Part shown: piece after piece, positions 1 to 8,677 of the stretch | Layout of the letters: each line of letters begins with the position of its first letter | Position numbering within the stretch: position 1 is the first letter of the stretch | IMG/VR virus record: IMGVR_UViG_3300028186_000155 | Length of the DNA stretch: 64,000 nucleotides | Origin: a virus | Lineage: Duplodnaviria; Caudoviricetes | Reading direction: 5' to 3' (one strand) | Notes under the pieces: generated by a model | What the model was told of the DNA's origin: nothing | Databases searched by the model: none | The model's input: the letters and a program-made list of their open reading frames with translations, nothing else | Position numbers and translations under genes: made by a program

Positions 1-191
1 TCTACTTGGCAATTGGAGAAAATGCGCAGCACCACACGCCCACGTTTGTTGAAGACTTCCAGCTGCACGCAGGTTGGACTACCCTTCGGCAAATCACCTA
101 TCAGGTTGCCACTGGTTAAGGTGTAGTCGATATTATACGCAGCCATTTTAGTGACCAGCGTGGTTGCCACCATGAAAGGATTTACGTTCAT
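1..191 (-). CDS. hypothetical protein, runs off the window edge
   Basis: ATG at 191, 1 nt after the upstream stop; frame MNVNPFMVATT... open to position 1. Confidence 0.6.
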   Translation of the reverse strand, partial: MNVNPFMVATTLVTKMAAYNIDYTLTSGNLIGDLPKGSPTCVQLEVFNKRGRVVLRIFSNCQV

Positions 192-192
192 T

Positions 193-471
193 TCAATGCA
201 CCTGTATGAATCCGCGATCCAGCAACTTTTTGATCATGAGTTCCATCAAAACTTTTGACGGGTCATCAGGATTGCAGCGCAAGATTTCGACCGTGCCGTT
301 TGCCTTGACGGTCAGGCCAAATTCCGCGTCGGTTTCAGGAATCAAAACCTCGAAGGTGTGCGCCTCTTTGCCTTCGACCGGTTCGATGTTGCAAAAGAAA
401 ACGCCGTATTGATCGGGTATCTGCTCTTGCAGTTGCTCGCACACTGCATGGGTATTCAGTTTGATATCCAT
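193..471 (-). CDS. hypothetical protein (92 aa, MDIKLN...)
   Basis: GGAGA SD before ATG 471; the longer ORF-track start overlaps the Nudix gene. Confidence 0.7.
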   Translation of the reverse strand: MDIKLNTHAVCEQLQEQIPDQYGVFFCNIEPVEGKEAHTFEVLIPETDAEFGLTVKANGTVEILRCNPDDPSKVLMELMIKKLLDRGFIQVH

Positions 472-493
472 ATTTTCTCCTGCCAGAAAGTGC

Positions 494-517
494 AATGGCG
501 CCCAAAAGGACGCCATT
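494..517 (-). promoter_or_regulatory. intergenic stem-loop
   Basis: AATGGCGTCC-TTTT-GGGCGCCATT, 10-bp stem with one G-U, between stop and SD. Confidence 0.55.
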
Positions 518-521
518 TTGA

Positions 522-1043
522 TTATGCAGCTTTCTTGATTTTCTTCGGTTTGATCTTGGCAGGTTTCAGCGCCTTGATCTTTGGCTTGTCTTTCTTCGGC
601 AACTTTTTGATTTCGTCCAGCAGCTTGTGGTGCTCGCGGCTCAGTTTGTCGCGGGCTTCCGGTAGGCTGAACCACTTGCGTTTCCGCATGTGTTTTTCTT
701 GCCAGTCATCGAGTGCCGTATGGAAATCCATCGCGTACATGACGACGTTCTGTTTCATCCCGTCTTTCTTGTACTCAAATTTACCAATTTTCTTGGTAAC
801 GGTTCCGGTGACTCCCGCCTCTTCGAAGCATTCTTTTGCCGCGTTTTCACGGGCATTCAAATGCTTCTCCTGCCCGCCTTTGGTGAAGCCCCACCACGCG
901 CCTTTCTTCAGCTTTTTCACCAGCAAAACTTGGCGAATGCCGTCTTTGTCGCGGTACGGAATACAACCCGATTGTTCGCGGACTTTTTCCTTCTTTTTGG
1001 CCGACTTCGCGGTGGCCAATTGGAGTTCAACCTGCATTTCCAT
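522..1043 (-). CDS. Nudix hydrolase, DIPP/Ap6A-type, with Lys-rich tail
   Basis: Nudix box GGQEKHLNARENAAKECFEEAGV; WQE...RKRKWF. Confidence 0.85.
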   Translation of the reverse strand: MEMQVELQLATAKSAKKKEKVREQSGCIPYRDKDGIRQVLLVKKLKKGAWWGFTKGGQEKHLNARENAAKECFEEAGVTGTVTKKIGKFEYKKDGMKQNVVMYAMDFHTALDDWQEKHMRKRKWFSLPEARDKLSREHHKLLDEIKKLPKKDKPKIKALKPAKIKPKKIKKAA

Positions 1044-1113
1044 ACAGCCCCTTGTTAGTTAATGGTCGCGACCTTAAAGATCGCTCCCTATTAAATTACT
1101 GCCTACAAGGTAT

Positions 1114-1124
1114 GTTTACAGTTT
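1114..1124 (-). promoter_or_regulatory. AAACTGTAAAC motif copy 1 (putative phage promoter)
   Basis: exact 11-mer, essentially intergenic, followed by SD-occluding hairpin. Confidence 0.65.
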
Positions 1125-1303
1125 TAGTGACCGGCTTCACGCATGTCATCCACTGCACGCTGCACAGCTGCGATGAAAGAGTAGTTTTCAGTGTTCCACG
1201 ACCAGAAGTTAGTCATGCCCGGATGTGAAATTGTCCGGGTGCGGAAACAAACCGTGAGTTCGTAGGTTGCCAGCTGGATAACTGCCCATTCGTATTTGCT
1301 CAT
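1124..1303 (-). CDS. 59-aa hypothetical, paralog of 1300..1485 (not in ORF track)
   Basis: MSKYEWAVIQLATYELTVCFRTRTISHPGMTNFWSWNT...; ATGA-coupled. Confidence 0.75.
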   Translation of the reverse strand: MSKYEWAVIQLATYELTVCFRTRTISHPGMTNFWSWNTENYSFIAAVQRAVDDMREAGH

Positions 1304-1485
1304 GTGCGGCGTTCCTCGACGTATGCAACGGCTTCGACCATGGCTTCGATTAGTCCCGCAGTATCAATCGAATTCCACGTCCAATAACGGGTGTGGCCGG
1401 GGCATTTGATGGTGCCCATAGCGAAGTTGATATACATGCCGTATTTCATGGCCTGCGCCAATGCCCAATTCCCATCGTAAATCAT
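1300..1485 (-). CDS. 61-aa hypothetical
   Basis: ATGA-coupled; shares WA..Q...Y.....F...TI..PG....W.WN with neighbour. Confidence 0.75.
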   Translation of the reverse strand: MIYDGNWALAQAMKYGMYINFAMGTIKCPGHTRYWTWNSIDTAGLIEAMVEAVAYVEERRT

Positions 1486-2360
1486 TTATCTTCCTCAACT
1501 GGCTCGCTGAATATGAGGGTGTACCCTGTGTATTCATTGTTAGTCAAATCAAGCAGCGGCATAAAGAACGGCGAATCGCAAACCTGCCAGCTAACCACCT
1601 TCGTGGTTTTGATACCGACAATTCCATGACGCAAAACCATGTCGGCAAAAGCGCTAGGTTTTAGCAGGGTCAGCAGTTCGGTATTGTTGGCAAATGGAAT
1701 GTATTTGCGCAGTGCAAACGACGGGCGTTTCTCTTCCAACAACAGCGGAATTTCCGAAGCGACATTGACGCTCAGGCGCAGGCCGTGGCGCGTGTGGAAC
1801 TCTTCGAAGTCTTCCGGTTCGTCATAGGCGCCCGGCTCGCCTTCCAAACGGTTTTTGTTAGGCTCCAGCCATTTAATCCCGTCAAAATATACCGAAAACA
1901 TCCCATCGGTAAACGTGCTGGTGTCACGGCCAAGGCCAAAGATTTCATGATCACCCAGCATGACCGACGCGCTGTGCGGATACCCTTTCGGATCGAGGAC
2001 CACCTTGGCTTCGGTTTTCACCTGATTCAGAATAACTTGAACGTCGGACAAAAACGTGGCCCACAATTGGTCAAAATTGAGGTTGGTTTCCGCACTCTTG
2101 GTCAGGATTCCGAATAGCGCGCTGGTCGTCATTTCCTCTGGCAGTTCTTTACACCCTTCGACAAACGCGGTACATCGCTCGCGGTTTGCCGGAACTTCCA
2201 ACCACGTAACTTTTACGCCGTTGAGTTCCATGGTCACAGGCGGCAAATAACCTTGCTGTCGTTCATCGTGGGGCCACGGGCTTCTGATGCTGAAGCCGTT
2301 GGCAATCAAACCCTCGATAAGGTTCACCCGGTGCCGCGTTACAATTTGAGTGCTCGACAT
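1482..2360 (-). CDS. hypothetical protein, family A (cf. 8674, 9489)
   Basis: start MSSTQ at TAATG overlap; terminal segments resemble paralogs. Confidence 0.75.
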   Translation of the reverse strand: MSSTQIVTRHRVNLIEGLIANGFSIRSPWPHDERQQGYLPPVTMELNGVKVTWLEVPANRERCTAFVEGCKELPEEMTTSALFGILTKSAETNLNFDQLWATFLSDVQVILNQVKTEAKVVLDPKGYPHSASVMLGDHEIFGLGRDTSTFTDGMFSVYFDGIKWLEPNKNRLEGEPGAYDEPEDFEEFHTRHGLRLSVNVASEIPLLLEEKRPSFALRKYIPFANNTELLTLLKPSAFADMVLRHGIVGIKTTKVVSWQVCDSPFFMPLLDLTNNEYTGYTLIFSEPVEEDK

Positions 2361-2671
2361 TATTTTTGAATCCTTCCGTGGCCATAAGTGCTGTACTGTT
2401 CGAACAAATCGGCGTCCTGTTTCCCACGCGATTTCAAATTCAGTGATTCCGATTCGCCCTCGCAACTCATGCCACTTTTGCCGAAATTGCAGAACCCTGC
2501 GCTGATGGCGCCGCCCGGACTCATGTCGCTGTATCTGTCGCGCAGCATTACGCGCTTCGACGCTTCACACATGTCGGCATGGGTCAGGTATTTCGGGAAC
2601 ATCACAGGGACTTCGAATTCGTCACCCTGTCTGTTGATTGCCTTGAAAACGATGTATTTGAACGCACTCAT
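2360..2671 (-). CDS. small phage protein, family B
   Basis: KY..F...LTHAD...SAGFC...C.GESESL.L.SRG motif shared with 50196 and, more weakly, 12456. Confidence 0.8.
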   Translation of the reverse strand: MSAFKYIVFKAINRQGDEFEVPVMFPKYLTHADMCEASKRVMLRDRYSDMSPGGAISAGFCNFGKSGMSCEGESESLNLKSRGKQDADLFEQYSTYGHGRIQK

Positions 2672-2672
2672 T

Positions 2673-2987
2673 TTAATTGCTGCTCCGTGCTGTGATGCGG
2701 ATGGTTTGGCGTTTCAGGTCAATCAAATTGTCTCGCAGGCTATCGCGCTCGGTGGTCAGCAGGTTGATACGGCGGGTGTGCTGATCCATCGTCTTTTCCA
2801 CGAAATCAATCAGGTAAAGCTGCGCTTCCAATTCGGTGGCGAACGCTACCTGTTTGGTGGCCGTGTTGTTGTTCCATGCACGCCAGCCACCGCCTTCGAA
2901 ATATTGCGGAATGAACATGTCTTTTTCGCTGATGCCGGGGGCTGGTACGCGGGCAAAAACACGGAACGGAAATTCTGGTTTATTCAT
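2673..2987 (-). CDS. hypothetical protein
   Basis: tiles operon; C-terminal coiled coil. Confidence 0.7.
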   Translation of the reverse strand: MNKPEFPFRVFARVPAPGISEKDMFIPQYFEGGGWRAWNNNTATKQVAFATELEAQLYLIDFVEKTMDQHTRRINLLTTERDSLRDNLIDLKRQTIRITARSSN

Positions 2988-3390
2988 CTTTAGAAATACC
3001 TTTCAAGCGGAACACTGCACGACTGCCGTCAGGTTTGGTGCAGACTGTGCGATATGGGTTTTCCTGATCCGCATAGCTAACGTTGCGGAAACCTTCCTGA
3101 ATCCAGCCTTTTTCAAGGCACAGGCGCTGGGCCTCGAAACGTTCGGCCCAAAGCACACGCCGCTCGTAACGATCTTTACCGTTTACTGGTGGTGGAATAT
3201 CGTGCAGGATGAAATTTTCTTCCTCGATACGTTCGCGCTCTTCACGCTTGGCTTTAACCACAGCATCGCGGATTGCAGCGCTCTCGGCACTCTCTGCTTT
3301 TTCCTTGGCCTTCACGCCCTTATCTTGATAGGGATATTTGCCGTCACAACCAGCCAGCAAAACCAGTGCAAACACCACCAAATATTTCAT
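2980..3390 (-). CDS. lipoprotein paralog 3
   Basis: MKYLVVFALVLLAGC lipobox; AQRLC...YRTVC. Confidence 0.8.
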   Translation of the reverse strand: MKYLVVFALVLLAGCDGKYPYQDKGVKAKEKAESAESAAIRDAVVKAKREERERIEEENFILHDIPPPVNGKDRYERRVLWAERFEAQRLCLEKGWIQEGFRNVSYADQENPYRTVCTKPDGSRAVFRLKGISKDE

Positions 3391-3647
3391 TGCTGGCCAT
3401 TCCTTTTCAGGTAGATAACGGTGCCATCTTTCTGGCGACAAACGGCGCGGTAGCTTTCTGGCCCGCCGCTGCGCAGGTAGTTGCTGGTTTCGAACAGCAT
3501 GCCCATACGCTGGCAGATGCCTTGGGCTTCCCATTTCGCATCCCAATTCAGGCGCGTTTCTTTGGATTTATCAACGCCTCGCGAAGGTCGATCAAGGGCA
3601 TCGCAGCCAGTCAGCAACAGTGCGGCAACCACCATCAAATATTTCAT
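3387..3647 (-). CDS. lipoprotein paralog 2
   Basis: MKYLMVVAALLLTGC lipobox; AQGIC...YRAVC. Confidence 0.8.
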   Translation of the reverse strand: MKYLMVVAALLLTGCDALDRPSRGVDKSKETRLNWDAKWEAQGICQRMGMLFETSNYLRSGGPESYRAVCRQKDGTVIYLKRNGQQ

Positions 3648-3955
3648 TCTGCCACCTCGAATTGTTCCACCGGCTGATTTTCAAGCATACAGGTGGCGCG
3701 GGGTTTCATGTCGTCAACGCCCGGCACCAAACCGATGTAAACCATGTCACGATCAGCGCAAATTTTCTGTGCCTTCAGCGTGCGTTCAAACTGGCCCTTG
3801 CGGTATTCTTGACGCTCCGCCACATAGCGTTGGGCTGCTGCAATTCGGTCGGCGCGTTTTTGGTCACGATCTACCATGCTTTGATATTCTTTTTCAGCGC
3901 CCGAATCACAACCAACCAGAACCAGTGCGGCCATCACGGCCATCAGAATTTTCAT
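3644..3955 (-). CDS. lipoprotein paralog 1
   Basis: MKILMAVMAALVLVGC lipobox; AQKIC...RATC. Confidence 0.8.
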   Translation of the reverse strand: MKILMAVMAALVLVGCDSGAEKEYQSMVDRDQKRADRIAAAQRYVAERQEYRKGQFERTLKAQKICADRDMVYIGLVPGVDDMKPRATCMLENQPVEQFEVAE

Positions 3956-3972
3956 TGTACCTAAATCCTTGA

Positions 3973-4015
3973 AGGTGCCCACACCACGCAGGCACCTGTT
4001 TATCGTTTACAGTTT
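3973..4015 (-). promoter_or_regulatory. AAACTGTAAAC motif copy 2 (4005..4015) plus downstream 10-bp hairpin
   Basis: exact 11-mer overlapping the stop; AGGTGCCTGC/GTGGGCACCT stem before SD AAGGA. Confidence 0.65.
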
Positions 4016-4247
4016 ATTTGTCGCGGTAGCGAGCGTCACGGTCACGCACGAAGCAACGCGCACGGCGCCATGCATCTTGCGCCAGTTCACCAATCAACAT
4101 CACGAACACGAACAGGCCCATAAAGAACATGAAAAGCGGGGTCCACCATGCACGCCCGCCCGGTGGATAATGGTCGTTGCGCGTGTCGTACACAAACCAA
4201 AACGCGTAGGCCAACCACGCCCCTACAATCAGCAAAAGGAAAATCAT
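4014..4247 (-). CDS. small Trp-rich membrane protein (2 TM)
   Basis: two hydrophobic segments; resembles 6322..6525. Confidence 0.7.
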   Translation of the reverse strand: MIFLLLIVGAWLAYAFWFVYDTRNDHYPPGGRAWWTPLFMFFMGLFVFVMLIGELAQDAWRRARCFVRDRDARYRDK

Positions 4248-5614
4248 TCGAAATCTCCCATGTCGTCATCGTCATGATCCACATCGTCAATCAAAACGTG
4301 CGGGATGAAACGTTCGTTGCTGGTGCCCAAAACCGGTTCGTCAAATTCACGAATACACAGTGTGGCAGCCGACGCTTCACGCAGCGAACGGTAATCGGTT
4401 GCACGATCCGGGCACATGAACATGCCGACGATGAAACTGTTACGGCCATCGACCTTGTACGGCGCTTTATATTCCTGATAAACCACATCAGAACCGCCGT
4501 AAATTCCATCGGTCGAGAACTGGTGTTCACCGTTGGCGCGATAGATCACGATGTTGTTGGACATGCGACCGATCACAGGCTTTTGCACATACGCATTTTT
4601 GCCCACAAAACGATCCGGTTTCATGTAAGTGCGCAGCACTGGAACCGTCGCATATTTGTCCGCGAAATTCTGATCGTTTTCCATCAGGTAAGTGACGTAG
4701 GCCCAAATGCCTTTGTTGGACGTAAACCAACGCCACGCCGGTTCCATGATAGTGACGTTACGCGCCCAGTTTTCCCACTGCTGATAGGCAATCGGGCAGG
4801 CCTCGACCATTTCTTCCCACGGCACCAGCGCGAAGATAACCGACAACGGCGTGTCGCCGTATTTCCACGGGTTTTCGCGGTCGGTCAGATCGAACTCGAT
4901 ATCCTTGCTCGAAATGAACAGGCAATCGTTTTCCTCGCCCATGATTTGCGCCACGACTTCCGAAGTGGCTTGCACCTCGAAACTTTCGTCGTCAAACACC
5001 ACAGCCGCCGTGCCGGGAATCTCACCCATTTCCGCAAACAGATCGGATGCCAGCGGGAAATAGGAATTCAACTGCAATTCCGAATCGCCGGTCACAGCTA
5101 CGCACACTTCGTTTTGCAACGAAACGGATTCCAGCAGCATGGTCGGGGTATCGCCGTTAAATTCGTAGATACCTTCGATCTTTTCCGTGACTGGGTTCAT
5201 CACGGCGTCAAAGCGACCGTAGATCGACTGGCGCGCCGAACTGTTGTCGCGATAGGTCCATTTTGCGTAGTCGATGAAATACGGGTGCTTGCGCAGGAAA
5301 TCGCAGCCCATATATTCCATGATGGTGCTTTCGGATTCGTTGAACAGGTGGCCCACAGCCTCGACCAGCATTGCGTAAGCGGCTTCAAACGTGAGTTCAA
5401 TATCGCGGCACGAACTCAGGTTGAAATTGTAGACCGGCAGGTTGTGTTTGTTGTTCATGGGGAACGAGAAATAATCGCGAACCGTCTGATAAAATTCTGC
5501 GTCGGCTTCCGCTTCTGGCTTCGGCATTTCGCGCCAGAATGCTTGAGTCCATGGCAGTTCGTTAACCATGAAATCGTTGAGTTCGAAAGATACTTCGTGA
5601 TACGTGCAATGCAT
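4244..5614 (-). CDS. glutathionylspermidine synthase-like ATP-grasp ligase (YgiC/YjfC family)
   Basis: IYGRFD, IYEFNGDTPT.L.ES, PWE, EPAW....SNKG, KPVIGR...N, VYQEY, IRE, RFIPH. Confidence 0.9.
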   Translation of the reverse strand: MHCTYHEVSFELNDFMVNELPWTQAFWREMPKPEAEADAEFYQTVRDYFSFPMNNKHNLPVYNFNLSSCRDIELTFEAAYAMLVEAVGHLFNESESTIMEYMGCDFLRKHPYFIDYAKWTYRDNSSARQSIYGRFDAVMNPVTEKIEGIYEFNGDTPTMLLESVSLQNEVCVAVTGDSELQLNSYFPLASDLFAEMGEIPGTAAVVFDDESFEVQATSEVVAQIMGEENDCLFISSKDIEFDLTDRENPWKYGDTPLSVIFALVPWEEMVEACPIAYQQWENWARNVTIMEPAWRWFTSNKGIWAYVTYLMENDQNFADKYATVPVLRTYMKPDRFVGKNAYVQKPVIGRMSNNIVIYRANGEHQFSTDGIYGGSDVVYQEYKAPYKVDGRNSFIVGMFMCPDRATDYRSLREASAATLCIREFDEPVLGTSNERFIPHVLIDDVDHDDDDMGDFE

Positions 5615-5653
5615 GATCTATTCCTTGAGAAATTGGAAGGGTGAAACGGGGAA

Positions 5654-6325
5654 TTAACCCCCGCCACCACCTTTGGCACCTGCACCACCGCCACCGCTGT
5701 GCATTGCGGACTTCACGCGGGCTTGCGTAGCCTGCTGTACCGTGGCTGGGGCACTGCTAGGGCTGGCGCGCCATTGCGATACGCGATTCTGCATATTCTG
5801 GCGATAATTCGGGCTGGCCATAACCGCATTGCGATTGCTGTTCATCAGGGCGCTGGTGTAAATGGCAGAACCACCATTCCGGCATTTACGGCGTTCGTCG
5901 CGATTGTCACAACGTTGCGTGGTCATCGGCGCATGCTGCTGTTGATATTGCTGATAGCCGCCCGATTGATTCATGGATTTTGCCAACGCGTAACCGCCCA
6001 GCGCACCGAGTGCCGCACCGCCCACCATTGGCCAGATGGAATTGCTGCTGGTGCCGTCCGCTTCTTCACGCACAACGTTCAAGACTTTTTCGCCTTTTTC
6101 GTTGACGGAATAATACACGTCTTTTACCGACGGATCTTTAGATTGAAGTTCACGCAACGCGGCCTGTGCGTCTTCCTGATCAGCAGCCATTTGCTTGCGC
6201 GTTGCTTCTGATGCCTGTTCGTCAACATACGCCTTTTCTTCATCGGGATAGGCCCCGCTATCGTCACACCCGCCCAGCAAAGCCAATGCTGCGGCGCCTG
6301 CGGCCAACAGAACTTTGTTGCTCAA
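5654..6325 (-). CDS. YgiB/DUF1190-like lipoprotein with Gly-rich tail
   Basis: LLGGC lipobox, WPMVGG..GYAL segment, GGGGAGAKGGGGG end; next to the GspS-like gene as in ygiBC. Confidence 0.7.
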   Translation of the reverse strand: MSNKVLLAAGAAALALLGGCDDSGAYPDEEKAYVDEQASEATRKQMAADQEDAQAALRELQSKDPSVKDVYYSVNEKGEKVLNVVREEADGTSSNSIWPMVGGAALGALGGYALAKSMNQSGGYQQYQQQHAPMTTQRCDNRDERRKCRNGGSAIYTSALMNSNRNAVMASPNYRQNMQNRVSQWRASPSSAPATVQQATQARVKSAMHSGGGGAGAKGGGGG

Positions 6326-6525
6326 TTCTTTTTCCTCAGTTTTTTAACCAGATTGTCTTTAATGATCCACACGTCCATCAGGAACATTGTGGGCTGCCAA
6401 ATGTACATGGCGAGAAAAACAATGGGCCACGCCCACCATTTCACATCGTGGTTGATCCAGCTGTACCGAAAACCCCACGCGGCCCAGCAGGTCCACAGAA
6501 CGATCAGCCACCAATACCACGCCAT
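6322..6525 (-). CDS. small Trp-rich membrane protein
   Basis: MAWYWWLIVLW...; SD AAGGG. Confidence 0.7.
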   Translation of the reverse strand: MAWYWWLIVLWTCWAAWGFRYSWINHDVKWWAWPIVFLAMYIWQPTMFLMDVWIIKDNLVKKLRKKN

Positions 6526-6527
6526 GC

Positions 6528-6872
6528 CTAATCCCTTTTGATTTTGGTGAACTGGATAGCTTCCAAATCGACTGCACCACAATATTTGTGCAGAAAATCG
6601 TAAGCCCGTTGGTCGATCAGCATAACCTCGGATTGCGGCCAAGTGATTACATCCAACGGCTCGCGAACTAGATCGTTAACCGAGACTGCGATTTCTACCG
6701 GCTCTTCGTCACAAACGGAAATGTAACGGTAACGTTCGTAGCTATCGCATTTCAGTAAGACGCCCAAATATTCAAACTCGGGATCTACTTCGAGCGGCTT
6801 CCCTTCAGCATAGGACGCCAGTATCCCGGCAGCCTCGACCAACTTAATGTGGCCTTCGTGCAAAACGTTCAT
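6528..6872 (-). CDS. hypothetical protein
   Basis: AGGA SD; tiles operon. Confidence 0.7.
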   Translation of the reverse strand: MNVLHEGHIKLVEAAGILASYAEGKPLEVDPEFEYLGVLLKCDSYERYRYISVCDEEPVEIAVSVNDLVREPLDVITWPQSEVMLIDQRAYDFLHKYCGAVDLEAIQFTKIKRD

Positions 6873-6884
6873 TCCACGTTTCCT

Positions 6885-6895
6885 GTTTACAGTTT
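6885..6895 (-). promoter_or_regulatory. AAACTGTAAAC motif copy 3
   Basis: exact 11-mer containing the upstream stop, directly before the SD. Confidence 0.55.
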
Positions 6896-7852
6896 GTGGA
6901 TCAGCGCCAGCAACTGCGCGTTGTGCTCGGGGCCTTGCGGAACTTTGATGATTTCGCCGTTTTCGTTCTGCCCTTTTTCGTAGCGGTAGGTAACGGTTTC
7001 ATCCGGGTAGAATGAGCACGACCACCAAACGTTAGTGTTTTCTTCATAGGGCAGCATCAGGCCGACGTAGCCCTCATGATCCAGACTGGGCATTACACGC
7101 TTACGCGAATGCACGGCCAGATTTTCGCGCACGTATTCGAAGAATTCACGCGCCAACCTCAACGAATCGGGCAACGGTGCTGGCAGGTCTTCGAACCAAC
7201 CGTCTTCGAGTTTTCCGTAGGCCACATATTCAGCTTCAACACCGGCCCAAACTTTCTGGAACCACTCTTCTTTTTCGCGTGCTTGCTGCTGCATCGACAA
7301 TTCCATCAATTCAGCTTCGGCGCGTTCAATGTCGGCCTCTGTTTGGTGCGGTAAACCAGCCATCACCATTTCGCCACAAACCGGGCAGTGGTGCATGCCC
7401 ATTGGTTCACCGCTCAGCATTTCCGGGTGCCCTTGGCAATGGCCCTCAACGTTGCGGTGTACGCGGTAAATGAACGTGCGTACCGAACCCTTGGCCGAGC
7501 CTTCGAAAATGCGGTGCGACACGTGGTATTGCGTCCAGTCGTGCGGTAGTGCGTGGGTAAACGCACCGATCAAACGCATTTGCAAATCCTGCAATTCCGG
7601 TGTGAATTTGCCACCCAGTTTGAACACGTAGGTCATGCATGCATTGGGCAGGCCTTCGATATCCATCCAGTAATCTTTGCCGCCCTTGTAGCTAAACGGC
7701 ACGCGGCTTTCTTCCATCACGATTGCATCAAACGTGACCTGCAATGTGGAGCCGTCAAACTCGGGGTTTTGGTAGCCCCACAGGGTTTGGCGCTCTTCGC
7801 CCTTGAAAATCATTTGGTCGATGATCGAAGAATTGAAATCGCGAAATTCCAT
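6887..7852 (-). CDS. multi-domain hypothetical with Zn-ribbon-like HCPVCG
   Basis: GAGGA SD before MEFRDF; C-terminal domain resembles 48220. Confidence 0.75.
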   Translation of the reverse strand: MEFRDFNSSIIDQMIFKGEERQTLWGYQNPEFDGSTLQVTFDAIVMEESRVPFSYKGGKDYWMDIEGLPNACMTYVFKLGGKFTPELQDLQMRLIGAFTHALPHDWTQYHVSHRIFEGSAKGSVRTFIYRVHRNVEGHCQGHPEMLSGEPMGMHHCPVCGEMVMAGLPHQTEADIERAEAELMELSMQQQAREKEEWFQKVWAGVEAEYVAYGKLEDGWFEDLPAPLPDSLRLAREFFEYVRENLAVHSRKRVMPSLDHEGYVGLMLPYEENTNVWWSCSFYPDETVTYRYEKGQNENGEIIKVPQGPEHNAQLLALIHKL

Positions 7853-7862
7853 TGGTAGATCC

Positions 7863-8096
7863 TCAGAAAATTTGAACATTCTCGATTTGACGGGATTCGT
7901 TATTGCCACCGGGACCGTCGTTAGAGAAACATTTGCGAGACTGCGCGTTGAGGTAGTCCGCCGGAGTCTTAAATTTCAGGCCCGGCCCCACGTCTTCGCT
8001 CGCAAATTCTCGGTGAAACGAATACTCCAACTGCCGTAGCCGTTTGCAGATTTTGAACGTCACCAGCACATGACGGAAAGGGGAAGGTGCTTTCAT
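7863..8096 (-). CDS. hypothetical protein (77 aa)
   Basis: ATGA-coupled to the 8093 stop. Confidence 0.5.
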   Translation of the reverse strand: MKAPSPFRHVLVTFKICKRLRQLEYSFHREFASEDVGPGLKFKTPADYLNAQSRKCFSNDGPGGNNESRQIENVQIF

Positions 8097-8677
8097 TCGT
8101 GGGGGTCTTCCAGCGTGGAGTACGCAACGTTCCAAAGGTTGCCGTTGGAACCTTCAACCGACGCCCGGAATTTCTCGGGGGAGAACGCCACTCTATGATC
8201 AACGTCAACCCAAATTTTACGCAGAATACCCAGCTTGTATTTGTCACCCGATTTGAATTTGACGGGCATGCCTTCTGTTGGGCGGAACACTGGTTTCTGC
8301 ACAGCGACCACCTGCCCCATCGGATCGGCAGCATCAAGCGTTTTCGGCATGGCCAGAATTGCACGCAATTCATTTTCGAATTCTTTGCCGTCAATTTCGT
8401 TGACGTACCTATCAAGTTCGATTGCGCTACTGAACCACGAACCGTTTTCCAGCAGACGCAGCACCACACGTTCCAGAGCATCGGCGCGGGCATCGGATGG
8501 CAACAGCTGCTCACCGATTTTCAGGCCGTTTTCTTCGGCCTCGATACAGGCGTCCAGCCACGCACTGATTTGGCTGTTCATCGACCGGTGGTTGCGGTTG
8601 GCCAATCGCTGGATTTTGTCGCGCATTTCACCGTCATACATGCGCACGTTGAATTTAGCTACGACAGGCCGTTTCAT
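8093..8677 (-). CDS. Arc-like ribbon-helix-helix DNA-binding protein
   Basis: KFNVRM...MRDKIQRLANRNHRSMNSQI matches the Arc/AmrZ pattern. Confidence 0.85.
   Translation of the reverse strand: MKRPVVAKFNVRMYDGEMRDKIQRLANRNHRSMNSQISAWLDACIEAEENGLKIGEQLLPSDARADALERVVLRLLENGSWFSSAIELDRYVNEIDGKEFENELRAILAMPKTLDAADPMGQVVAVQKPVFRPTEGMPVKFKSGDKYKLGILRKIWVDVDHRVAFSPEKFRASVEGSNGNLWNVAYSTLEDPHE

Noticed and set aside
4148-5644. 498-aa plus-strand ORF
   Set aside because: Antisense shadow of the GspS-like gene; no motifs recognised
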